A stretch of 64,000 nucleotides of DNA from IMG/VR virus record IMGVR_UViG_3300028610_001991. The stretch is one strand, 5' to 3'. This document shows positions 10,444-19,538 of the stretch, in pieces. The translations under genes were made by a program, and so were the position numbers. This DNA is from a virus. Each line of letters starts with the position of its first letter. Position 1 is the first letter of the stretch. The notes under the pieces were generated by a model. It did not search any database. It was not told where the DNA came from and was given only the letters and a program-made list of their open reading frames with translations.

Positions 10444-11371
10444 AAACTCAAAAGTATATGTTGCAGGGCACACAGGCCTTGTTGGTTCTAATTTGATAAA
10501 GGCTTTATATAGCAGAGGCTATAATAATATTATTTATTATACGCATAGGGGTTTAGGGGGTTTAGACTTACTTAACCAAAAAGAAGTAACAAATATGTTT
10601 GATACGCAGCGACCAGAATATGTATTTTTATGTGCGGCTCGGGTAGGAGGTATTAAGGCTAATGATGACTTATGTGCTGATTTTATCTATGAGAATACCA
10701 GAATTCAAATAAATATAATAAAGGCCTGTCATGACTATAAAGTTAATAAATTGTTATTTCTTGGTAGTTCCTGTATTTACCCTAAAAGTGTAGACACACC
10801 TATAAAAGAGAGTTCTTTACTGGAAAGCGTACTTGAAGAGACTAATATAGGTTATGCTATTGCTAAAATCAACGGAATAAAGATGTGTCAGTTATTTAAT
10901 AAACAGTACGGCGATGTTTTTATTTCTATTATGCCTACGAATCTATACGGTAGAGGTGACACGTATGACCTACAGAAAGGTCATGTATTTTCAACCTTAA
11001 TTATGAATATCCATAAAGCTAAGGTGACAAACGCACCATGTATAGAACTATGGGGCTCAGGGAAACCTTTAAGGGAGTTTTTATTCGTAGAGGATTTTGC
11101 TGATGCTCTTATATTTTTAATGAATGACTACAGTAGTCCGGAAATAATAAATGTAGGCACAGGTAAAGACATTCCAGTTTATGATTTGACTAAATTGATG
11201 TGCGTGATAATTGGATATGAAGGGAAAATTGTTTTTGATTCTTCAAAGCCTGACGGCACGTATAGAAAGGTTATGGATGTATCAAAAATAAATAGTTTAG
11301 GCTGGGAGGCCAGCACTTCTCTAAGAGACGGAATAATTAAAACATACCAATATTATCAGGAGACTTTATGA
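10436..11371 (+). CDS. fcl: GDP-L-fucose synthase
   Basis: [46 protein letters not shown]. Confidence 0.95.
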   Translation: MNKNSKVYVAGHTGLVGSNLIKALYSRGYNNIIYYTHRGLGGLDLLNQKEVTNMFDTQRPEYVFLCAARVGGIKANDDLCADFIYENTRIQINIIKACHDYKVNKLLFLGSSCIYPKSVDTPIKESSLLESVLEETNIGYAIAKINGIKMCQLFNKQYGDVFISIMPTNLYGRGDTYDLQKGHVFSTLIMNIHKAKVTNAPCIELWGSGKPLREFLFVEDFADALIFLMNDYSSPEIINVGTGKDIPVYDLTKLMCVIIGYEGKIVFDSSKPDGTYRKVMDVSKINSLGWEASTSLRDGIIKTYQYYQETL

Positions 11372-12339
11372 AAGCATTTATTACAGGTATTACCGGCCAG
11401 GACGGATCCTACCTTGCTGAATTATTACTTGAAAAAGGGTATGAGGTACATGGACTTATTAGGAGAGCCGCTTCTTTTAATACAGGGAGAATAGATCATA
11501 TTTTCGATAAATTACATTTACATTTTGGTGATCTCACAGATGGTTTAAATATATTTCATTTGATACATAAGATAAAACCTCAAGAAATTTATAATATGGG
11601 TGCGCAATCTCATGTACGTGTATCTTTCGATACCCCTGTCTATACGATTAATACTATTGTTCAGGGGATTACTCATATATTAGAGTCAGTTAGACAAATT
11701 GATTCATCAATAAAAGTATATCAGGCTTCTAGCAGCGAAATGTATGGTGGAGTAGAAGAAGTACCGCAGTCAGAAACAACTCCTTTTTACCCACGTAGCC
11801 CTTACGGGTGTGCTAAAGTTTTTGCTTATCACCTCTCACGGAACTATAGAGAGTCATATAGTATGTTTGTATGTAACGGTATTTTATTTAATCACGAGTC
11901 GGAACGAAGGGGAGATACGTTTGTTACTAAAAAAATAACTAATTATATAAAGCTAATTCGTAAGTGTGATCACTGGTTTGATAATACGCCGGAATATATT
12001 ATAAAAAATATAGGTAAGTTAAAGTTAGGAAATCTTGATGCTAAACGAGACTGGGGGTATGCTCCTGATTATATGGAAGCTGCTTGGCTGATGTTACAGC
12101 AGCAGGAACCCGATGATTATGTAATAGCTACAGGAGAAACGCATACAGTAAGGGAGTTTTTAGAGATAGCATTCGCTCACGTAGAAAAGGATTATAAAGA
12201 CTTTGTTGAAATTGATCCTAAGTATTTTAGACCAACCGAAGTTGACACATTATTAGGAGACTATACTAAAGCTTGTAATAAGCTAGGATGGAAACCTAAG
12301 ACTACTTTTAACAAACTAGTAAGAAGGATGATAAAATGA
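11368..12339 (+). CDS. gmd: GDP-mannose 4,6-dehydratase
   Basis: [48 protein letters not shown]. Confidence 0.97.
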   Translation: MKAFITGITGQDGSYLAELLLEKGYEVHGLIRRAASFNTGRIDHIFDKLHLHFGDLTDGLNIFHLIHKIKPQEIYNMGAQSHVRVSFDTPVYTINTIVQGITHILESVRQIDSSIKVYQASSSEMYGGVEEVPQSETTPFYPRSPYGCAKVFAYHLSRNYRESYSMFVCNGILFNHESERRGDTFVTKKITNYIKLIRKCDHWFDNTPEYIIKNIGKLKLGNLDAKRDWGYAPDYMEAAWLMLQQQEPDDYVIATGETHTVREFLEIAFAHVEKDYKDFVEIDPKYFRPTEVDTLLGDYTKACNKLGWKPKTTFNKLVRRMIK

Positions 12340-13145
12340 ACAAGACACTATTTTTTACAGGATTATCCGGGAGCGGTAAGACAACACTGGCTTTAGCATT
12401 AAAGGATAGGCTCGATGCTGTTTTACTGGATGGAGATATATTAAGAAAAGGACTCAATAAAGATTTGTGTTTTTCAAGAGAAGACAGGTGTGAAAATATA
12501 CGTAGAGTTATAGAGCTATGTAAACTTTTTAACGTTAACGGTAGGGACGTAATAGCCGCCTTTATTTGTCCGTATGAGGATTTAAGAAAAGCTGCCCAAA
12601 AAGGTATAGATAGCTGTTTTATTATTTACTGTGAGTGTAGTATTGAGGAGTGTGAGCGTCGTGATCCAAAAGGGCTGTATAAAAAAGCTCGTGCAAGAGA
12701 TATAAAGTATTTTACTGGAATAAGTAGTGTCTTTGAGAAACCAAAGTGCGCTAATATTATTGTTAATACAGAAAAATATACAGTAGACGAATGTGTTAGT
12801 CAAATTTTATTAAATGTAGATAATAATCAGCATCTTTGTTTTATCGGAAGATGGCATCCTCTACATGAAGGACATAAGCATATAATGAAAATAAAATACA
12901 AAGAGAAGGGGTTACCCCTACTTATCCTTGTACGTGATACTCATGAAGCAATGTCTGCTTATAAAAGAAAACATTTAATTGAAAAATGGTTTGCAGAAGA
13001 AAATATTCAAGGTAAAGTAGTTATTATACCGGATATTGAAGGTGTATACTACGGTAGGGGTGTTGGTTACAATATAGAACAAATAGAAGTCCCGAAGGGT
13101 ATTGCTGATATATCAGGTACAAAGATACGAGAGGGATTAGTATGA
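12336..13145 (+). CDS. cysC: adenylyl-sulfate (APS) kinase fused to a C-terminal HIGH-type nucleotidyltransferase domain
   Basis: [26 protein letters not shown]; C-terminal [10 protein letters not shown] and ISGTKIR. Confidence 0.9.
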   Translation: MNKTLFFTGLSGSGKTTLALALKDRLDAVLLDGDILRKGLNKDLCFSREDRCENIRRVIELCKLFNVNGRDVIAAFICPYEDLRKAAQKGIDSCFIIYCECSIEECERRDPKGLYKKARARDIKYFTGISSVFEKPKCANIIVNTEKYTVDECVSQILLNVDNNQHLCFIGRWHPLHEGHKHIMKIKYKEKGLPLLILVRDTHEAMSAYKRKHLIEKWFAEENIQGKVVIIPDIEGVYYGRGVGYNIEQIEVPKGIADISGTKIREGLV

Positions 13146-13888
13146 TACCAAAACAAATATTTACATATTGGGAAGGTATGTCCTTCGATTATATCAAGTA
13201 CTGCTTTAAAACAATTGAAGAAAGATCTGAGTGTAAGTTATTTAAATTAAATCCAACAAATATAGATGAGTATATAGATGGCTCAGGATTAAGTAGAAGA
13301 TGGAAATGTTTAAAGATTATATCTCAAAAAGTTGATTGTTTGAGGGCAGCCCTTTTATACAATAACGGAGGTATGTGGTGCGATGCAGATACGGTATGGC
13401 TTCATAAAATACCTGAGGAATTATTTCAGAATGATCATGACATTTGTCTTTTAAAGTGGCCAAGCGGTATTATCCTGAACGGTTATTTTATAGCTAAGAA
13501 AAACAGTGTTTTTTTACAGAAGGTGATTGAGAGAATTAACACATACTTAAGTGACGGACGAACTAAATATCCAGAGAATGGGTTTGTTTTATTCGGAGAA
13601 ACTGTATTTAACGAAGTAGCTCAGCAATATCCGGATTTAGTTAATATATTACCAACCGATATTTTTCTTCCTGTTGAATTTCAATTTAATCCTAGGATAT
13701 GGGAAGTGAAGAAAAAGATAAATGAGTTTATTAAACCAGAAACATTATGTATTGGTCTTAGCCATTCAACCAATTTTATTTATTCTCGTAAGTCTGTGTA
13801 TCAGGCTGTGAGTATCTTAGCTAATCAGGACAATTTATTCGGAGATATTTTTAAACATTCTATAAACTTAGGCGAAGTAAATTCTTGA
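13142..13888 (+). CDS. GT32/capsular-polysaccharide-synthesis-type glycosyltransferase
   Basis: IFTYWEG, VDCLRAALLYNNGGMWCDAD (DxD). Confidence 0.8.
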   Translation: MIPKQIFTYWEGMSFDYIKYCFKTIEERSECKLFKLNPTNIDEYIDGSGLSRRWKCLKIISQKVDCLRAALLYNNGGMWCDADTVWLHKIPEELFQNDHDICLLKWPSGIILNGYFIAKKNSVFLQKVIERINTYLSDGRTKYPENGFVLFGETVFNEVAQQYPDLVNILPTDIFLPVEFQFNPRIWEVKKKINEFIKPETLCIGLSHSTNFIYSRKSVYQAVSILANQDNLFGDIFKHSINLGEVNS

Positions 13889-13913
13889 CATCTTAATATT
13901 TTGATGATATAAT
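13885..13913 (+). promoter_or_regulatory. consensus sigma70-type promoter
   Basis: TTGACA (13885-13890), 17-bp spacer, TATAAT (13908-13913). Confidence 0.85.
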
Positions 13914-13928
13914 CCCCCTCACATATTC

Positions 13929-13956
13929 TTACAGTAGCGGGACATTTTTACTGTAA
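13929..13956. repeat. inverted repeat (operator or hairpin)
   Basis: TTACAGTA-N12-TACTGTAA. Confidence 0.55.
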
Positions 13957-13958
13957 TC

Positions 13959-14007
13959 AAAAAAGTACTTAACTTTTTTTACAAAATGAGGATATATAGT
14001 AGTAGAG
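13959..14007 (+). promoter_or_regulatory. 49-bp repeated regulatory element, copy 1
   Basis: Identical to 25480-25528 except for 1 base; contains AAAAAAGT-N5-ACTTTTTT palindrome and TATAGT. Confidence 0.75.
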
Positions 14008-14034
14008 AGAAATAATAAAAACGGGAGGGAAGAA

Positions 14035-14706
14035 ATGCCAGTCAAGATAAAAATTCCAACTTTAAAGTCATTAAAACAGAATGCTAAAAGAACAGTTACT
14101 AAGTACTATGTTGAAGTTAATAAGCTGTTAAAGGAGTATGAGTCTAAAGATGCTCCTGCTTCAGCTAACCTGCAGTTTCATTTAGATAGGTTGATAAAAA
14201 GATACACAACGAAATCACTCGATACAATAGATAGTTACTTTAAACACAAAGGTACTGTCACTTGTCCTAAATGTAAGAAGAAGGTAGATACTGTTATTGT
14301 ATCAAATTTTAGTACACGGTGTCCTTTCTGTGTTAATCTTAATTGGTTAGACCTCGTATCTACAGTAGGGAAAACTCCGGAGGGGGCATCAAAAACAGTA
14401 GCTTTTTCTTGTCATATTAAAGACCCAAAACATAAAGAAAATAACATGGTTATTAAGGGCCCAAGACAATCACTATTGTACTGGATATTAAATAAAATAT
14501 CATTTGGAAAAATAAAAAAGAGGTATAGTCGGTTCGGTTATTTAAAAATATATGCTAACCCGGGTATATTAAAAAACGCTAAGGAATTTGATAAAAAGTA
14601 TTTAGTTGTAGTTGGCGCAACACCAAAAGAATTAATAGTAAAATATTTCGGGGACGTACAGATGACAGTAACAAAACAGGTAGAAGATATGAAAAAGTCT
14701 AGGTAA
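14035..14706 (+). CDS. hypothetical protein with two CxxC pairs (Zn ribbon)
   Basis: CPKC...CPFC; GGAGGG RBS. Confidence 0.7.
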   Translation: MPVKIKIPTLKSLKQNAKRTVTKYYVEVNKLLKEYESKDAPASANLQFHLDRLIKRYTTKSLDTIDSYFKHKGTVTCPKCKKKVDTVIVSNFSTRCPFCVNLNWLDLVSTVGKTPEGASKTVAFSCHIKDPKHKENNMVIKGPRQSLLYWILNKISFGKIKKRYSRFGYLKIYANPGILKNAKEFDKKYLVVVGATPKELIVKYFGDVQMTVTKQVEDMKKSR

Positions 14707-14711
14707 GAGTA

Positions 14712-17153
14712 ATGCCGGAGATTACTCTAACTGTTGATAATTTAATTCGTATCCCATTTCTTTTATCAGATCAATTAATTTCTATGATCAAAAAACGATT
14801 TACAAAAAGAAATCCTGTTTATGATCTGCAGCTTGCGATGGCGTATGGTAAGCCTACGAAAGTGACAGTCCCCAAAATAATTATATCGTGGTGTGAAAAC
14901 GAGAAATATTTAATGATACCCAGGGGGACAGGTAAGTATGTGCGGAACTTGTTAGAAGAACACGACTATACTGTCCATATAAATGATCAAAGGGTATACA
15001 CTACTAAATTCATAAAGTTTTATCCTAAGCCAGGGTGGGATCTGAGATCTCATCAGAAAGAAGCGAGAGATGTTTTAAATAGCCATGAGCAAGGAGTCCT
15101 GGAGAGCCCGTGCGGCGGAGGAAAAACGTTATCCATGATAATGAATATAGCAGATAAGCGGCAGCCTAGTATTATTATAATGCATAAGAAAGATCTGATA
15201 AAACAGTGGATGAATGAAATTAACGATAAGTTTATTTTAGAGGAAGGCGCTATAGGTACTATTGCAGAGGGTATTTTTAACCCACAGGTTATAACGCTGG
15301 CCTTAGTTCAAACTATGATTAATTTAACCCAGCAACAGTGGGCGCGTATACAAACAATTTTTGGGATGGTTGTTGTCGAGGAATGTTATGTTGAAGGATC
15401 TCGTGTTACCATGAGGGACGGTACATCAAAGACTATTGAAAATGTACATAACGGGGACAGAGTATATCTAGGTGGAAAAGTAAGTAATTACTTTAGCAGA
15501 GAAGCAGAGGGTTATTACTATATACGAACAAGCATAGGGCCCTTAAATTGTACAGAGAATAATGTATGTAAGGTTGTACAAAGACAGAGAGATAAAAAAA
15601 ATAACCAATATTACGCTTTTGATCCAAAGACTGATATACGAGATAAATTAGCGAGGGACATTAAAAAAGGGGATTTATTTTATACACCTGTTTGGTACGA
15701 TTTTCACGGTATGCTTGGATGCCGTGGTAATTTTCCTGCACTCCTAGCAGCTATTTTAGCAGACGGTAGTATTTCTAAGTGTAGAATTAGGATTGAGGTT
15801 GTTAAAGAACGGAAAGTATTAGCGTTTAAAAAGTTATTTAAAAAATGGAAATTTCGTTTTAACCCAAAGAAAAAATCGTATATTTGGTGGATAAATAGTA
15901 AAGACGAAGATTATTATAGAATAAAAAAAGAGATACCCTTTGTTGGTAAAAAATCGGATAAGATATTTATTCCTGAATGCATTTATGAGGGTAACCTTGT
16001 TGTTAAGTATAAGTTTTTACAAATGCTTATACTTTGTGACGGTCACATATATCCTAACTGTGTAGATTACTACACTACATCTTATCGGTTTGTTTATGAT
16101 TTATTATTATTACTTAAACAGGTTGGTATTTACGCCACGGTTATAATGTGTAAAAAAAAGAAACAGTTTCACAATACTAGGTATAGTGTACGAATCGCAG
16201 GAAAATTAAATCTTGAGAAATTAAATAACATGCATAGAGCAGGGTATACTTTTAAAGAAAGGGATGTATGTAATCAAGGATATTCGATTGACTACGATTA
16301 CCATCATGTAAAAGTTCTTGATATAAAGTGGGTTAATAAAAAAGTTATGGTTTATGATTTTACTACTGAAACTCACCAGATAGTTGTTAACCATATGATT
16401 CATAAAAACTGTCACCATACACCGGCTGAAACATTTTTATATTGTGTAAATAAATTTCCTGCTAGGTTCAAGTATGGCGCGACAGCTACGCCCACCAGGA
16501 AAGATCATCTGGATTTTCTTTTGTTCGATTTTGTAGGTGACATCTTATATTGTATCCCTGATATAGAATTAGAGGCGCGAGGGATTACTATGAAAGCTCA
16601 AGTTCAAAGAGTTATAACAGAATATTTTTATGACTATACAGGCCCCCATTGTTGGGTTTTTATGGTTACAGAAATTACTAAGGATGAGGATAGAAACGAA
16701 ATAATTATTCAGACAGTAGCCGAAGATGTTAAGCAGGGAAACTTTGCGCTTGTGCTGTCTGATAGAATAAAACACTGTAAATACTTAGCTGAAAGACTAT
16801 CTGCATATAATGTTACAGTAAGATTATTAATCGGTGATAAAAGTACTGAGGAAAGGGAAACAATACGCCAGGAATGTTTACGCGGGGAAGTAGATGTACT
16901 CATAGGCACTACAGTAGCTGATGAAGGAATGGATATACCTAACTTAAATTCACTACATTTAACCTGTCCCTCAAATAATGAGGGTAAATTAAAACAAAGA
17001 TGTGGTAGGGTTAAGCGCAGTATAGCTAATAAAGATATGCCTACTATTTATGACTATGTAGATCATAACATAGATAAATGTTGTAAGATATGGTGGAATA
17101 GAGAAAAGTGGTATATGAAATGGGATTTTAAACTATTATATACGGAGGGTTAA
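14712..17153 (+). CDS. superfamily 2 DNA helicase (intein-containing)
   Basis: PCGGGKT Walker A, VVEE|CHH Walker B after splicing, TAT, GMDIP, QRCGRVKR. Confidence 0.9.
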   Translation: MPEITLTVDNLIRIPFLLSDQLISMIKKRFTKRNPVYDLQLAMAYGKPTKVTVPKIIISWCENEKYLMIPRGTGKYVRNLLEEHDYTVHINDQRVYTTKFIKFYPKPGWDLRSHQKEARDVLNSHEQGVLESPCGGGKTLSMIMNIADKRQPSIIIMHKKDLIKQWMNEINDKFILEEGAIGTIAEGIFNPQVITLALVQTMINLTQQQWARIQTIFGMVVVEECYVEGSRVTMRDGTSKTIENVHNGDRVYLGGKVSNYFSREAEGYYYIRTSIGPLNCTENNVCKVVQRQRDKKNNQYYAFDPKTDIRDKLARDIKKGDLFYTPVWYDFHGMLGCRGNFPALLAAILADGSISKCRIRIEVVKERKVLAFKKLFKKWKFRFNPKKKSYIWWINSKDEDYYRIKKEIPFVGKKSDKIFIPECIYEGNLVVKYKFLQMLILCDGHIYPNCVDYYTTSYRFVYDLLLLLKQVGIYATVIMCKKKKQFHNTRYSVRIAGKLNLEKLNNMHRAGYTFKERDVCNQGYSIDYDYHHVKVLDIKWVNKKVMVYDFTTETHQIVVNHMIHKNCHHTPAETFLYCVNKFPARFKYGATATPTRKDHLDFLLFDFVGDILYCIPDIELEARGITMKAQVQRVITEYFYDYTGPHCWVFMVTEITKDEDRNEIIIQTVAEDVKQGNFALVLSDRIKHCKYLAERLSAYNVTVRLLIGDKSTEERETIRQECLRGEVDVLIGTTVADEGMDIPNLNSLHLTCPSNNEGKLKQRCGRVKRSIANKDMPTIYDYVDHNIDKCCKIWWNREKWYMKWDFKLLYTEG
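15384..16409 (+). mobile_element. intein with LAGLIDADG-type endonuclease, in helicase Walker B (342 aa)
   Basis: Starts CYVEGSRV, ends VVNHMIHKN followed by Cys+1; LLAAILADG and LILCDG blocks. Confidence 0.9.
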
Positions 17154-17156
17154 TAC

Positions 17157-18212
17157 ATGGATACAGAAGAACTTAAAGATATGCAGATATACATACCGGA
17201 TGATAACAGTTCTAAACTAGAAGCTGTACTTTTCGGCTTGAGATTTGTAGATGGCCTTGATTCTTTAGATAGGGATATTTTTAACTTAATTATAGGTACC
17301 CATAAGCGAAATACTTACCAAGGGCTTGACATGGAACTACTAATGGCTTTTACGCGTAGGTCTGAGCGTAGAGTCCGTGAAAGAATAAGGAGATTAATTA
17401 ATTTTAAATTAATAATAAAAAAGAAAGAAGGAAATAGACATTTTTATAGATTTGATTTAAATCCAATAAGAAAATTGGCCTGTACTTCAAACTTATGGGG
17501 TGTATACAAGGACTCCTTTAGTAATACCTACACACCTCCGCCTATTACATTTAGTACTGAAACTGAAGAGGAGGTAGAAGCTGCAGAGAAAATGGGTAAG
17601 GATGCTCAGGCTGTTAGAATTAAGCGCACAAAGAATTTAAATGAGATAAAAAAAAGTAATGAGGTAGATAGGGAGCGGTGCATCACTGCTTTTTACAAAG
17701 AATTAAACGAGAATTGTTTGAGGAAGTTTCTTAGCTTATACTTTTTTTTGCAGTTTAAAGAGTACGGGGAAGCTTTATATAAATTTGTTTTAAAGATAAG
17801 GGATTTAAAGAATCCGCATTTAGTAGATATAAAACAGTTCGAAGATACGTTAAGTGCATTTATTAAAATTGTTGAAGACGGTTCTCTTTTTAAAGGTAAA
17901 GGGAGAAATGTTTTTTATAAACGTGGCGTGCTTATGAAATATTTTAAGAATATTCAGCGGCCTAAATTTGCCAGCTGTATTAAAGGTGTTAGTAATGAGT
18001 TAGCAGACAAGTTAGCTTCTATGGATGGATTTAAGGAAAGAGCGATAGCTATATTTAAAGCAGTTAAAAATATTAAGTATCCGTATAAAGATAAATTGTG
18101 GTATGTTATTGATACTAATGGTTCTCCTTATCTCCCTGCACCGTATAGAGAAGATCATTTATATGCCAGCTACCCTATCTACAACGAAGCAAAATATAAA
18201 GATAAAAAATGA
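17157..18212 (+). CDS. winged-HTH protein, possible replication initiator
   Basis: N-terminal HTH-like segment (SERRVRERIRRLINFKLI); lies upstream of the DnaC/DnaB genes. Confidence 0.5.
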   Translation: MDTEELKDMQIYIPDDNSSKLEAVLFGLRFVDGLDSLDRDIFNLIIGTHKRNTYQGLDMELLMAFTRRSERRVRERIRRLINFKLIIKKKEGNRHFYRFDLNPIRKLACTSNLWGVYKDSFSNTYTPPPITFSTETEEEVEAAEKMGKDAQAVRIKRTKNLNEIKKSNEVDRERCITAFYKELNENCLRKFLSLYFFLQFKEYGEALYKFVLKIRDLKNPHLVDIKQFEDTLSAFIKIVEDGSLFKGKGRNVFYKRGVLMKYFKNIQRPKFASCIKGVSNELADKLASMDGFKERAIAIFKAVKNIKYPYKDKLWYVIDTNGSPYLPAPYREDHLYASYPIYNEAKYKDKK

Positions 18213-18829
18213 GGAAAGTTATACTAGGTTTAGATCCCGGGTATGAGGGTGGTATGAGTGTGATAGATTATGCGGGGAATATAATTGAGAGTAGGCCAAT
18301 GCCCTTGATTAAAACATTTAAAGACTACAAGGAGAGAAAGAATAAAAAAACAGGGAAAATACACCTGATTAAGCGATATAATAAAGAAATAGATATATAC
18401 GCAATAGCATACATCGTTAGATTATGTTGTGATGGTTCTACTTCGGATGTCTGGTATAACTATGTTATAGCGTTTATAGAGCATGTTCATGCTATGCCAA
18501 AACAGGGCACTACGTCAATGTTTAATTTTGGTGAGGGATACGGGGAACTAAAAGGGTTCCTAAAAGTTTTACCTATTGAGTTTTATAAAGTCTCACCTAC
18601 TAAATGGAAGAATTATTTCTTTAAGACAGGCTATGATAAAAAGAGAAAACGTGCTATATACAGTATTTGTCTAGCTGATAAAAAGGCTGTTGCTATGTAT
18701 GCTAAATCTGTAACAGGATTCCACTTTAAAACTAGTGACACAAGTACTATTCTTAATGACGGTATGGCAGAGAGTTATTTACTAGCAGAATACGGAAGGA
18801 GAAATTTAGATGAATATACCTCTAAGTAA
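18209..18829 (+). CDS. RuvC-like Holliday junction resolvase
   Basis: ILGLDPG, FIEHV, SMFNFGEGYG, DGMAESYLLA. Confidence 0.85.
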   Translation: MRKVILGLDPGYEGGMSVIDYAGNIIESRPMPLIKTFKDYKERKNKKTGKIHLIKRYNKEIDIYAIAYIVRLCCDGSTSDVWYNYVIAFIEHVHAMPKQGTTSMFNFGEGYGELKGFLKVLPIEFYKVSPTKWKNYFFKTGYDKKRKRAIYSICLADKKAVAMYAKSVTGFHFKTSDTSTILNDGMAESYLLAEYGRRNLDEYTSK

Positions 18830-19538
18830 AAAGTTTAAGCCGTGTGGTAAGTGCAATAAAGGATATGTTTTTAGAGGGGAAATGGCTGTTTATTGTGATT
18901 GCCTTAGAGAATATGAAAAGAAAGATAGTATACGAAGGATGGCTGGTTATACTAACTTACCTTTGGATTATCTGGATTGTGAAATAAATAATTTTGAGGT
19001 ATTGAGTAACGCTGCAGTTAATTTTGACTCTTTTACTAAGGTAAAACAATTTGTAAGTAGACTGGACTACCATTTAGAGGAGGGGCATGGTTTAGTTTTA
19101 ATGGGGAATAATAATTGTGGTAAAACTCATATAGCAACAGCTATTCAGAAATTAACTTTTAGTAAATATACATCTCATTTTATACTAGCCGCTTCTTATA
19201 TAAATTTAATAACAAAATCGTGGGCAACAAAAGATATAGAGGATATAGACGATATTGATAATATTAGAACAGTTGAGTTATTAGTTTTAGATGACTTAGA
19301 TAAAGCTGTATTATCAGCAGCACCGTTCAAAAAAGAAGTTTTAGATGAATTACTAAGAACCAGAATAAGTAATAGAAGATCAACAATTATAACTACCAAT
19401 CTACCAACCGAAGATGCAATAAAGGGTTTTCTAGAGTATCATATGTTTTCTTTATTAAAAAGAAAGAGTTACTTTTTAACGTTTGAAGGTGAATATACAG
19501 ATACGATTGTAAATAATTTAGATAAGGATCTTACATGA
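18810..19538 (+). CDS. DnaC/IstB-like AAA+ helicase loader
   Basis: N-terminal CxxC/CxC, GNNNCGKT, LVLDDL, TIITTN. Confidence 0.85.
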   Translation: MNIPLSKKFKPCGKCNKGYVFRGEMAVYCDCLREYEKKDSIRRMAGYTNLPLDYLDCEINNFEVLSNAAVNFDSFTKVKQFVSRLDYHLEEGHGLVLMGNNNCGKTHIATAIQKLTFSKYTSHFILAASYINLITKSWATKDIEDIDDIDNIRTVELLVLDDLDKAVLSAAPFKKEVLDELLRTRISNRRSTIITTNLPTEDAIKGFLEYHMFSLLKRKSYFLTFEGEYTDTIVNNLDKDLT

